NCBI GenBank assembly: GCA_903881565.1
Contig: CAIRTR010000299.1
Span: forward strand, 2,645 to 66,644
Length of the DNA: 64,000 nucleotides
Reading direction: 5' to 3'
From: Oligoflexia bacterium
Lineage (GTDB): Bacteria; Bdellovibrionota; UBA1018
In this document: positions 47,547 through 57,500 of the stretch, one piece after another
Layout of the letters: every line of letters begins with the position of its first letter
Numbering within the stretch: position 1 is the stretch's first letter
Position numbers and translations under genes: made by a program
The notes under the pieces: generated by a model
What the model was told of the DNA's origin: nothing
Database searches by the model: none
Seen by the model: the letters and a program-made list of their open reading frames with translations, nothing else

Positions 47547-48005
47547 ATGCAGAATGCAATTGAGTTACAGGACGCAATCCCTCAGGAGCACCCTCTGGGG
47601 TGTGCGGTCGCATGTGTCGCGTATCGGCGGGGTGTGAGTTACGAAGACGCCCACTCATTATTTGTCACTCCCGAGAATGCCTGGGGGCGTGGGTATTATT
47701 GTGCGGAGGTGGTAGCGGCACTAAATAAAAAAAGCAGGCTTGAATATGTTTTTTCGAAAGCGGATGTCTTGAAAAAATCGGAACTCAAGAAAATCCTGCT
47801 CACCGAGGGCACGCTGGTTTTTGTGGGGAGCTGCTCCCGCTATCCTTTGGGGCATTATTTAGTGAGAGCGACGGAAAAGGCAAAACACAGAGCCCAGTGG
47901 ATGAATCCCTGGATCAATGCGCCTCGAATGATCCCGGTGCAATCGGGGTTTGAGTCAAAGCTCCCGGGCCCTGTCGAATATGTTATGTGGGAGCCGGTTC
48001 TTTAG
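47547..48005 (+). CDS. C39-like (papain-fold) cysteine peptidase/acyltransferase-domain protein (Peptidase_C39_2 / BtrH_N-like)
   Basis: ...QEHPLGCAVACVAYRRGVSYEDAH... (GC nucleophile at a helix start, as in C39 peptidases) and a downstream ...RYPLGHYLV... His. Divergent from the ATP-grasp/decarboxylase gene. The longest ORF starts at 47466. Confidence 0.45.
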   Translation: MQNAIELQDAIPQEHPLGCAVACVAYRRGVSYEDAHSLFVTPENAWGRGYYCAEVVAALNKKSRLEYVFSKADVLKKSELKKILLTEGTLVFVGSCSRYPLGHYLVRATEKAKHRAQWMNPWINAPRMIPVQSGFESKLPGPVEYVMWEPVL

Positions 48006-49176
48006 GAGGCTGCTCTTTAGATCCCTTATAAAGTTCATACTGCAGAAGTCGGCACTCCATAGCGCCGTTATAAAGGACGTGCCTTCGCTTGGGGCGCAAG
48101 CCAATTTCGTGAGACAATTCTCGGCTGCCTGTGAAGACAAAGCCAGACCAGCCACTGAATTTCTTTTTGAATGTCTCGCCGATGGATTCATAAAGCGGTT
48201 TGAGCGCTTCGAGTTCGCCTAAGCGCTCACCATAAGGAGGATTGAGAACGATGACCCCTTTTTCCGCAATCGGCTCGCATTCTGCGAGTGCGCGTTTTTC
48301 AATGTGCACCCGGCCGTGGAAACCGGCCCGCTCGACATTAGCGAGTGCTACGCGAACTGCTTTGAAGTCTTCGTCGTATCCCACGATGGTGGGCAGAAGT
48401 TTCTTGTCTTTAATCTCGAGGTCTCGCGCTTCTTCGAGGAGCTCCTCCCAGATTTTGGGCTCATGTCCTAGCCAGTGGGTGAAACCGTAAGTTTCGCGCA
48501 TCAGTCCCGGCGCTCGGCGTGCGGCGATCATGGCGGCTTCAATGGGCAAGGTACCAGATCCACACATGGGATCCATGAAGGCGCCGCCTGTTTTTGCCGC
48601 TTCTTTCCAGTTTGCCAGGGCCAGAATTGCGGCGGCCAGGTTTTCTTTAAGCGGTGCCGCGGTACCTTGTTCGCGGTAGCCTCTGCGGTGCAGGCTTTCG
48701 CCTGAGAGATCCAGGCTCACCGTTGCCACGTCTTGGTAAAGATATACGTTGACTCGGATTTGAGGATTAATCGAATCCACATCGGGGCGAGAGCCTTGCA
48801 CACTTCTCAGCTGATCCACGAGCGCGTCTTTGACTTTCAGCGCGCCGAAGTGGGTGTGAGTGATGGCGGAGTCGGTGGACGAAAATTCCACGGCAAAGGT
48901 TTCTTTTGGACTTAAGTGATCTGACCAGCGAATGGATTTTGCGCCGCCATAAAGTTTCTCGGGCGTCGGGGCTGGAAATGTCTTCAGCGGCAGGAGGACT
49001 CGGTTAGCCACGCGAGACCAAAGGCAGGCGCGGTAGGCGATTTTGATGTCCCCCTTGAAGGCAACTCCAGCACGTGTCGGAGCGATGTCGGAGGCCCCAA
49101 ATTCTAGCAGTTCGGAGGCAAGCAAGGCTTCCATTCCTTTGGCGGTGGTCGCAAAAAAACTAAGGGGGGTCGTCAT
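47983..49176 (-). CDS. rlmL: THUMP-domain SAM-dependent rRNA (guanine-N2) methyltransferase, RlmL-like
   Basis: N-terminal THUMP region MTTPLSFFATTAKGMEALLASELLEFGA... and MTase motif I DPMCGSGTLPIEAAMIA. Confidence 0.75.
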   Translation of the reverse strand: MTTPLSFFATTAKGMEALLASELLEFGASDIAPTRAGVAFKGDIKIAYRACLWSRVANRVLLPLKTFPAPTPEKLYGGAKSIRWSDHLSPKETFAVEFSSTDSAITHTHFGALKVKDALVDQLRSVQGSRPDVDSINPQIRVNVYLYQDVATVSLDLSGESLHRRGYREQGTAAPLKENLAAAILALANWKEAAKTGGAFMDPMCGSGTLPIEAAMIAARRAPGLMRETYGFTHWLGHEPKIWEELLEEARDLEIKDKKLLPTIVGYDEDFKAVRVALANVERAGFHGRVHIEKRALAECEPIAEKGVIVLNPPYGERLGELEALKPLYESIGETFKKKFSGWSGFVFTGSRELSHEIGLRPKRRHVLYNGAMECRLLQYELYKGSKEQPPKEPAPT

Positions 49177-49248
49177 AGGGTAATGCTACTACCCTAACGG
49201 GACGCATTAGTAAAACAATGAGCAAACTTTCGTCGCGAGTAAGTATAC

Positions 49249-50598
49249 ATGTTGCACGCGAATCCTAAGATGAAGCACACAGCTAATTGGCTTAGCGTAC
49301 TGGTTTTAATGACCTCAATATCAGTGATAATGGTGCCCACCTTTGGGTTTTCTGCGACAGTATTTTCGGCCCCCGAGCCCAATGACATAGCGAGAAACCT
49401 GGTCGACGAATTCAAGTACGACACTCTTGAGCAAATGAAGGTTGCGGGCCTTGAGCAGTCCCAGGTTTCGGCCCAGCCGTGGTCGGGTTGGTATTGGCCC
49501 CTGAACGAAGGGGGATTAGCCTATCGCTATGCGGATATCACGTTTCCCAGAGGCGCTAATTGGCCAACGGTTTCAAGTTACCTCCTGAGTACCATCGGGT
49601 TTGGCCCAGTTAACAGGCTTTCGCCCGCCGAAAAATATGATCTCTTGCTGGGGGATGGCAATTTTACTATGACCCGGATGATGATCCAAATTGCGGAGGA
49701 TCATAAGGTCGGCGGAAATGTCGATGCATGGATGGGGTATTGTACGGGCTGGGCCAATGCCGCGATGATGATGCCTAGGCCTGCTCATTCGGTTATCGTG
49801 ACAGCGGCGGATGGAAAAACTCGGATTGATTTTCGTCCGAGCGACATCAAAGCTTTGGGGGCGCTCCTCTGGGCAAACGGGGGTTCTCCTGCACGTGTTG
49901 TAGGTGGCTTGTGCCAGGAGAGCCCGGTGCGGCGTGATCCTGTTACTGGGCGTGCAATTGATCCAGCATGTAGGGACACAAATCCGGCCACTTTTCACCT
50001 TTCGATCGTCAATCAGATCGGCGTAAGCCATCGATCGTTTTTGATCGATAGCGACTCGGGCTATCAGATCTGGAATCAGCCGGTCTCAAACTACAGCTAC
50101 TCTTACTTTAATCCCGCGACAGGAAAAGCCGCGCCGCTCGAAGAGGCAAGCGTCGCGCTCAGTGATTTTCCAAATGATGTGTTTAAAGGGTTTCGCGCAC
50201 CGGGCACAAAATATGTGGTCGGCGTGGAGACGCAGCTTACCTTTATTTATGAAACGCGGCCTAGCGCTCTCCCTACTGACTCGCCGGAAACCGACGATAA
50301 ACGAGTTCCCGTTTATCGGTATGATCTTGAACTTGATGCCTCAGGGAAAATAATCGGGGGAGAGTGGTACTCCCGTTTGCATCCGGATTTACTTTGGGTT
50401 GCCCCGCCTGGCTCAGATCCAGCCACACGAGGGGATTCATTCGTTCATCCGGGGGAGCACTGGGATCCTGAGCAGCCGCTACCTTCGTCCTGGCTAACGG
50501 CTGCAGCGTCATCCGAGCAGTACGTTCAACCGCTTGGCGTGATTGTCGAGAAACTTTTTGAATGGGCGAGTGATGTAAGCACTCCTGCTCAGCAGTGA
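49249..50598 (+). CDS. Secreted hypothetical protein (possible papain-like Cys motif GYCTGWANAA)
   Basis: Signal-like N-terminus. 449 aa. Confidence 0.45.
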   Translation: MLHANPKMKHTANWLSVLVLMTSISVIMVPTFGFSATVFSAPEPNDIARNLVDEFKYDTLEQMKVAGLEQSQVSAQPWSGWYWPLNEGGLAYRYADITFPRGANWPTVSSYLLSTIGFGPVNRLSPAEKYDLLLGDGNFTMTRMMIQIAEDHKVGGNVDAWMGYCTGWANAAMMMPRPAHSVIVTAADGKTRIDFRPSDIKALGALLWANGGSPARVVGGLCQESPVRRDPVTGRAIDPACRDTNPATFHLSIVNQIGVSHRSFLIDSDSGYQIWNQPVSNYSYSYFNPATGKAAPLEEASVALSDFPNDVFKGFRAPGTKYVVGVETQLTFIYETRPSALPTDSPETDDKRVPVYRYDLELDASGKIIGGEWYSRLHPDLLWVAPPGSDPATRGDSFVHPGEHWDPEQPLPSSWLTAAASSEQYVQPLGVIVEKLFEWASDVSTPAQQ

Positions 50599-51137
50599 GG
50601 CGGGCCCATAAGGCCTGAGTTGTAGTCGGCAAAAGTGCTTTGCCAGCTCAAAACTTGGGCTTGGTCTGAGGAGCTTAGGGCACTCCAGTCATTAAAGTCA
50701 TGAGTTGCGAGAAACAGGTTAGCCGCTAGTAACGTTGCACTGATTGATGCTGGACTTGCGCCCCTTGCGATCGCGATTTTTGCACCTAACATTTGAGCGT
50801 AGAGTTTCGTAATTCCGTTGCTGGAGCCTCCGTAGACATTTTGACTAAGAACATCGCCCGCGATCGTGGTCGTGGTCACGGCTAGCGTTTTAGCTCCGCC
50901 TGGGGTTCCGAGATATAAAGGGAGAACGGGTCCGACAAGAGTGAGGTGATTTTTCCAATAGCCAATGGTCCCGCTACATCCGCAGGTTTCGGTTGCTGCA
51001 AAGGCCGTCGCGGACGCATGATAATGGGTCAGCGTATCGTGGGTTACGAGGTCCGCTGCGTTTACTAAATCAAAAGTAGATCCGCAGGTCGCAGCATTGT
51101 TCGTAATCGTGACGGTATAATTGATCGTTTGTGTGTG
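50589..51137 (-). pseudogene. Gene fragment truncated by the adjacent IS insertion (C-terminal about 180 codons of a Thr/Ala/Gly-rich protein)
   Basis: The minus-strand reading frame stays open from 50589 up to a TGA at 51138-51140, immediately at the left end of the IS element. The first ATG is only at 50879. No N-terminal or signal region is found on the other side of the IS. Confidence 0.5.
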
Positions 51138-51387
51138 TCATTACCAAGGGACTTTGGCCGGTTAATTACCCAGCGATTCTGACCACCTATCGGCGTCATA
51201 ACTCCAAAACTTTTGAGAAATCTGTAGGCGGTTTTCAGTTTTCTGTAATCCGATTGCAGTACTGTCTGTCAGTTACCGTTTCATGACCTGTTGCGACAGG
51301 GCTATGACTGAGCAATTGTCGAGTCCCCGTAAGTTTTTTGGTCCCACTTTCTGTGAGAACCAAAAAAACTTACGGAGGACTTTCTCG

Positions 51388-51696
51388 ATGTTGACTCATT
51401 TCAGAACCTACAATCTCGCCGTCCAGTTTCATCACGCGTGCTGCTCTGCAAAGATGCCTGGGTATCTAAAGTCGCAGCTCCTGAGGGCATCCTCGTCGAT
51501 CGCTCTTAACCTTGCGGAGGGCTCTGGCAAACCCACTCCGAAGGATCAGCTCAGGTTTTACTTCATTGCCTTAGGGAGTTTGCGCGAGTCACAGGCGGCA
51601 CTGGATCTTGCTCCTATTCGGATGCCAAGCCTTATTGCCCTCGCTGATCACGTCGGCGCAAGCCTCTACAAGCTCTGCCAGTCGATTCAAAGTTGA
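51388..51696 (+). CDS. Four-helix-bundle protein (TIGR02436 / 23S-rRNA-IVS-protein / Avd-like family)
   Basis: Signature ...ALNLAEGSGKPTPKDQLRFYFIALGSLRESQAALDLA (NIAEGxG...GSxxE). About 102 aa from the internal Met. Preceded by a 16-bp-stem hairpin at 51327-51375. Confidence 0.65.
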   Translation: MLTHFRTYNLAVQFHHACCSAKMPGYLKSQLLRASSSIALNLAEGSGKPTPKDQLRFYFIALGSLRESQAALDLAPIRMPSLIALADHVGASLYKLCQSIQS

Positions 51697-51706
51697 TCGA
51701 TGATGG

Positions 51707-53410
51707 TTACCCCTCTACAGCGGCAAGCTTCGGTTTTACCCAGCGTGGACCTTGCAGTCTCAGGAAGAGATGTACCGCTCGATAATTCGGAGTTTCAATT
51801 TCAAGGGCGTGTTTACAGGCCTCATTGACTCCATCGCGATGATGATCTTTTGCAAAGCCAAGAACTCCAAAAATGGTTTTGGTATCGATAAAACCATTGC
51901 CCCGCTCCAAGACCATGAGGATTAACTGATCGACCCCAGTCCCAAGGTTTTGCGCCGATTTTCGATAAAATGAGGTGGGATGCATCGCTCGTTTCCACGG
52001 CCCTTTGTGTTCAGGCTTAGTCGAATTAATTTGATGAGAGCCGGTGAGTCTTTGATGCGTTTCGATCAGCTTGCCCTCTTGGTAAATGCGAACCTCTGAG
52101 ACCTCTCCGATAACCCTCATTTTTTGTCCTATGTATTTTTCATCCACTGAATAATAGCGATTGAGATGAACAACGTGGCCATCGGCTCTGACCTTTTGCT
52201 CGATCGTAAGATCGAGTTGGGCAGGGACCGGAGCCTCTTCGTTACAAGCGGGGACTATTTTAAGATTGGCTTTTTCTGGCTGTTTTACCTTGCTGACCTC
52301 TATTTCTTTGCCAGCAAAAAACACCTTCCAACTCAAATCTTGATAGGTTCTGACCTCGATCCTTTGCTTATGAATCGAGTGCTTCAACGGGGAGTCAATT
52401 CGGTAGATCTCAGTGTCCCAGCTAAAAGTATGATCACGAGCTACCGTTCGATCTTCTTTTAGACAAAAGGTTTCATGGAGATCAAATCCCTGCGGTACCG
52501 GTTTGTAGGCTGTTTGAAGATTCGCCGGTGTCACTTTAAATTTGGAGGCGTACTCGTTTGGTAAAAACTGATCCTGCAAATATGCATTGGCCCCGTCATA
52601 GTTGTCGATGCCTCTGATCCTCATTTCCGGGATCAGGCGATCTTGAAGCGTCCCCCACAATCTCTCGATCCGTCCTTTTGCCTCTGGGGAGTTTGCAAAA
52701 ATAATATGAGTCCCAAGCTCTTCGAGTGCTCGCTTGACCTGTGAGAAGTGCGCTCGCTTGGATCCTCCAAAAATCCCTGCGCGGTCCACGTAAAGAATTT
52801 GAAAAATCCCCATTTTTTCTATGATTTTTTGCAAAACCCTCATGCAAGAGATCGTGTCCTCAGCTGGGAAGAATTCTCCAAAAGCTACGTCGCTATCGGC
52901 GTCATCAATGGCTGCAATTAAACACGAAGGCTTATCGCCAAACCATCGATGATGACTCCCATCCATCTGAAGCATCAGGCCAGTCTGCTGCATTCGCTCT
53001 CGTCGTTTTCGAACCTTTGGGGCACGACGTTTCGCCTTCTTCACCATCTTGATCTCGTGACACCAACGTCTGAAGACTTCTCGCGTGACCACGAGATTTT
53101 CTGTCGCCTTCAATTTTTCAAGACAGTGGGTCATGTTGAAGTCGAAGTACTTTTCTTTAACCAGAGATTGGACTGCCTTCTTCAACTCCTCATCGGAGCG
53201 GTTCGCTGGCACCGCATCACAGTTTCCGTGCTTTACGAACAAAACCCCCTTCTGCAAATATTCGGCAAGATAGCGCCGAAGGGTCCGCTCTGAGACATTT
53301 AGAATCTTTTGACCTTGGTCACGGTTCATGATCCCTGATGAAATTTTGACGATAATATCTAACTGCAGTTGCTCGGTTGCACTCATACTGAACACCTCCA
53401 AATCCCCCAA
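51707..53410 (-). CDS. DDE/rve-type transposase with an N-terminal HTH (ISNCY/IS1202-like; family assignment tentative)
   Basis: N-terminal HTH region (NVSERTLRRYLAEYLQKG). Catalytic-core-like blocks LQMDGSHHRWF (D) and ILYVDRAGIFGG (D). 567 aa. No IstB-like partner. Confidence 0.75.
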   Translation of the reverse strand: MGDLEVFSMSATEQLQLDIIVKISSGIMNRDQGQKILNVSERTLRRYLAEYLQKGVLFVKHGNCDAVPANRSDEELKKAVQSLVKEKYFDFNMTHCLEKLKATENLVVTREVFRRWCHEIKMVKKAKRRAPKVRKRRERMQQTGLMLQMDGSHHRWFGDKPSCLIAAIDDADSDVAFGEFFPAEDTISCMRVLQKIIEKMGIFQILYVDRAGIFGGSKRAHFSQVKRALEELGTHIIFANSPEAKGRIERLWGTLQDRLIPEMRIRGIDNYDGANAYLQDQFLPNEYASKFKVTPANLQTAYKPVPQGFDLHETFCLKEDRTVARDHTFSWDTEIYRIDSPLKHSIHKQRIEVRTYQDLSWKVFFAGKEIEVSKVKQPEKANLKIVPACNEEAPVPAQLDLTIEQKVRADGHVVHLNRYYSVDEKYIGQKMRVIGEVSEVRIYQEGKLIETHQRLTGSHQINSTKPEHKGPWKRAMHPTSFYRKSAQNLGTGVDQLILMVLERGNGFIDTKTIFGVLGFAKDHHRDGVNEACKHALEIETPNYRAVHLFLRLQGPRWVKPKLAAVEG

Positions 53411-53578
53411 TCATCAACTTGTTGAACTGCTTGATAATTGGCAGACTACCGCGCCTTCTTTGACGCGGGTAGGTGGTCAAAATCCCTTGGTAATTGAGAC
53501 CGGACAGAATCGCTGGGTAGTTACACTTATCTCAAAAAAACCTCAAGAATTCGTTCCGTCCGTCGATAGAGCCATTGG

Positions 53579-54208
53579 ATGCGATTGCCTCTGAAGGGAT
53601 CTATTCATTTACCCCCTAAAACCGGCCTGGTTTCCCTCCTTCTATTGATAGTCGTCAGTTTATTGCCTTCGGTTGCGCAGGCGGGGTCCGCCAACGAATA
53701 TTCACCCATCATCGAAATGGGGACGATTCTCCACAGCGGGACGACCGGCAAGAGTCTTACGGGGACCACGGGATACTACATGGCTTTCCGCTCGGAGCAG
53801 CGAAAAGGCCATTTTAGGCCAGAAATGGCAGCCGAACTGCAAATGACCAGCGGGACGATCACCCTCGACGACATCAAGGTCTCAACTTCAGTGTTCGGGG
53901 CAGCTTTTCTGGGGGGATTTCACTTCTTCTTTTTCAAAGAAGGAAGTTTCCAGCCGTTCGTGGGGGTCAACGGAGTTTTGGGTTGGCACAGTCTTCGAAT
54001 GACAAGCCCTCCTGCCGGGGTTGAGCCCTATACCCAGGGGCTGTCCTACGGTTATGAGGCGACCGCTGGGGTGGATATGCGGTTTGGGTCGGCTGAGGGC
54101 ACGGCCTTTCGGGTCCATAGCGGGCTGTGGTCGGTGGCGAGTTCGCTCGCTGGGGTTTCCGGATTTCAGCTCGGCGGCATTCGAATTTCAATTGGTCTTG
54201 TGTACTAA
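53579..54208 (+). CDS. Small outer-membrane beta-barrel protein
   Basis: Signal peptide ...LLLLIVVSLLPSVAQA. Ends ...GGIRISIGLVY. Confidence 0.55.
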   Translation: MRLPLKGSIHLPPKTGLVSLLLLIVVSLLPSVAQAGSANEYSPIIEMGTILHSGTTGKSLTGTTGYYMAFRSEQRKGHFRPEMAAELQMTSGTITLDDIKVSTSVFGAAFLGGFHFFFFKEGSFQPFVGVNGVLGWHSLRMTSPPAGVEPYTQGLSYGYEATAGVDMRFGSAEGTAFRVHSGLWSVASSLAGVSGFQLGGIRISIGLVY

Positions 54209-54593
54209 CTCCTGGGTAGACCATTTTTGCTGATTTTGGCTGATTTATCCTTAAAAACGGCTAATTTTCGAGCTAGAACAGAACTTACCGTTTTGGTCAA
54301 GAGGGCGAAATATTTTTGCCTCGCAGCATCTTTTTTTTCTTCCCTCAATTTCCGACTTATCCCTAAGGCTTCTTGGCCAAAAGCCTAAACACCACGGCAA
54401 CCTAACGCGGCTCAACCTGAACTATCCCTAGGGGGGTGTGAAGAGATGACCACAACTAATTGTAGTTCCTTTTTTGACGGACGAGTGGTGTTTGTAGCAA
54501 CCTTGAATGTACGGGGAGATGTTTTTTTGGGTCCTCCGGACCAGACTGCAGCAAGAGGGCTTGCTGTGGCAGCATGATGCGAAATAGAGTCCC

Positions 54594-57500
54594 ATGAATT
54601 CAACTTGGGAAGAGTTTTTTGGGAAACACATTGGGGGGAGTAGAGGTATGGAAAAAATCACGGATCAGATGACGGGTACAAAGGCGGAAAATACGGATGC
54701 CACTTTAGGGGTGATCGGAGCGAATGCTCTTTTGAAGAAAGGAAACAAAAAAGGCAATAAGCTGCTTAATTCAAAAAAAGAAGCACCTCAGCTGACCCTG
54801 GATTCTGCTCGTGAGCTCATGGCCGGAACGAACCGCGCCCACGCATCCCACGCATCCCATGTCGCGCACGTACCTATGTCGCGCTACTTCACTCGCGAAC
54901 TTAACTCCAACGGGATGAAGCCCTTGGATGCGGTGTCGTATGTTTATTCAACGTCCAAGATTAAAGATACCGATGGCCGAACCGTCTTTGAAATGAAAGA
55001 CGTCGAAGTGCCCGCAGGCTGGAGCCAGCTTGCCGTGGATATCTTGGTCTCCAAATATTTTAGAAAAGCGGGCGTCGCAGGCACCGGCCACGAGACCTCG
55101 ATTAGACAGGTGATCCATCGCCTCTCTCATACCATCGCCTCGGCAGGTTTGCAGATGGGGTATTTCAGTGCTGATTCTGCCGCGATCTATGAAGAGGAGC
55201 TGGCCTATCTTTTGGTTCATCAGATGGGGGCGTTTAATTCTCCGGTGTGGTTCAATTTGGGCCTTTCGCAGGAGTACGGCATCACAGGCTCAGGTGGAAA
55301 CTACGCCTGGGACTCCGTTTCAATGCGAATTGTTGAAATGAAAGATGCTTACGTCAAGCCCCAGTGCTCGGCTTGTTTTATTCAAGCAGTCGATGATGAT
55401 TTGATGTCGATTTTCCAACTCGTGAAAAACGAAGCCAGGCTCTTTAAATACGGCTCGGGCACGGGAACGAATTTCTCAAAAATTCGTGGTCAACAAGAGA
55501 AGCTCTCAGGCGGTGGAACCTCCTCTGGCCTCATGAGCTTCTTGGATGTGTTTGATAAAGGAGCCGGCGCCACTAAATCCGGCGGCACCACCCGCCGCGC
55601 GGCCAAGATGGTCTGCCTCGATATGGACCATCCTGAGATCGTGGATTTTATCACCTGGAAAAGCCGTGAAGAGCGCAAAGCAAAAGCCTTGATTGCTGCC
55701 GGTTATAGCTCGGATTTCAACGGTGAAGCTTATAAATCCATCGGTGGCCAGAATTCGAACAACTCGATTCGGGTGAACGACGAATTCATGCAAGCCGTAG
55801 AGATCGGCAGCAAGTGGAATACTCGTAAACGCACCTCCGGCGAGATTCTTGATACCTACGAAGCACGCGTCCTGTGGAAGATGGTTGCCGAAGCGGCGTG
55901 GAGCTGCGCCGATCCTGGGGTTCAGTACGATACCACCATTAATAAATGGCATACGTGTTCGGGAACGGATCGGATCAATGCTTCAAATCCTTGTTCCGAG
56001 TACATGTTCTTGGATGATTCGGCCTGCAACCTGTCTTCTTTGAATCTTGTGAAGTTCATGCGTCGTGATGGGTCTTTTGATATTGAAGCCTATCGTAACG
56101 CTGCTCGAACATTTGTGGTTGCACAAGAGATCTTAGTTGATGCGTCTAGCTATCCTACGGAGCGCATCGCGAAGAATTCACATGATTATCGTCCGCTTGG
56201 ATTAGGCTATGCCAACCTAGGAACGATGCTCATGCTCAAGGGCATCCCTTACGATAGCGATGAAGGTCGTGCCTGGGCCGGTGCCTTGACCGCGATCATG
56301 ACGGGACACGCCTACGCCGTGAGTGCTGAAGAAGCTGCGGTCATGGGTCCATTTGCGGGTTATGCGCAGAACCGCGAATCGATGTTAAACGTGATTCGTA
56401 TGCATCGTGAAGCCGCTTACAAGATTGATGAAAATAAACTTCCTAAGGAGCTCGTGGCTGCGGCTCGTGAGGATTGGGATCACGCGCTTTCCATGGGTGA
56501 AAAACATGGTTTCAGAAACGCGCAAGTCAGTGTGCTTGCGCCTACGGGAACCATCGGACTTCTCATGGATTGCGATACGACTGGGATCGAACCTGATTTT
56601 GCTTTGGTGAAGTTCAAGAAGCTCGCCGGAGGCGGATACTTTAAGATCGTCAATCAGTCGGTGCCACTTGCATTGAAGAACCTGGGCTATGACGATTCTC
56701 AAGTCAAAGCAATCCTCACCCACATCTTGGGTTCGATGAGCTTCGAAGGCGCTCCTCATATCAATCAAGAGTTCTTGAGATCAAAAGGTCTCGAAGAACG
56801 CGATATTGAGAAGCTCGAAAAAACGCTGGCTGGAACGTTTGAAATTTCCAGTGCGTTTACTCGATTCACGCTAGGCGACGAGTTGCTTAAGCGCATCGGG
56901 GTTCCTGCGGCTGAGATGGAAAAACCGACCTTTAGTTTCCTGCGTTGGGCAGGATTGACGGATTCGCAGATCGAAGCTGCAGGCGAATTCATTTGTGGCA
57001 CGATGACCATCGAGGGCGCTCCACAATTGAAGGCAGAGCACCTGCCTGTTTTTGATTGCGCCAATCGTTGCGGCAAGACCGGTAAGCGCTTTATCGCGCC
57101 GATGGGCCATGTTCGCATGATGGCGGCAACCCAGCCGTTTCTGTCGGGAGCGATTTCCAAAACGGTCAATGTTCCAAACGAAACCACCGTTGAAGAGATT
57201 CAAGAGATTTATACCCAAGGCTGGAAACTGGGCTTAAAAGCCATCGCACTCTATCGTGATGGTTGCAAGTCTTCACAGCCATTGTCCTCTAAATCCGAAA
57301 GTGCTACGGACAAGAAGTCGCCTTCTGCTCTTCAGGCTGCTGCTCAGGCTGATACTCAAAAGACGACGACCTCGGTTGAAGCCACGATGACGGGACCCGT
57401 GTGGAACCCGGTCAGACACAAGCTTCCGGCAAAACGCCAAGGCTTTACACAAGAGGCAGGCGTCGCGGGTCACAAAGTTTATCTTCGTACGGGTGAGTAT

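Larger units (their letters stand above)
51140..53519 (-). mobile_element. About 2.4 kb IS element (rve/DDE transposase, ISNCY/IS1202- or IS481-like) carrying a four-helix-bundle passenger gene
   Basis: Both ends (51140-51197 and 53461-53519) share three blocks in inverted orientation: ATTACCAAGGGAYTTTG, TACCCAGCGATTCTG and ACCACCTAYCSGCGTCA, but in permuted order. The transposase start abuts the right end. Confidence 0.55.

Noticed and set aside
54230-54593. Cobalamin riboswitch upstream of nrdJ
   Set aside because: No B12-box (GCCACTG-like) or conserved riboswitch stems were visible. B12 riboswitches normally repress B12-independent RNRs rather than nrdJ.
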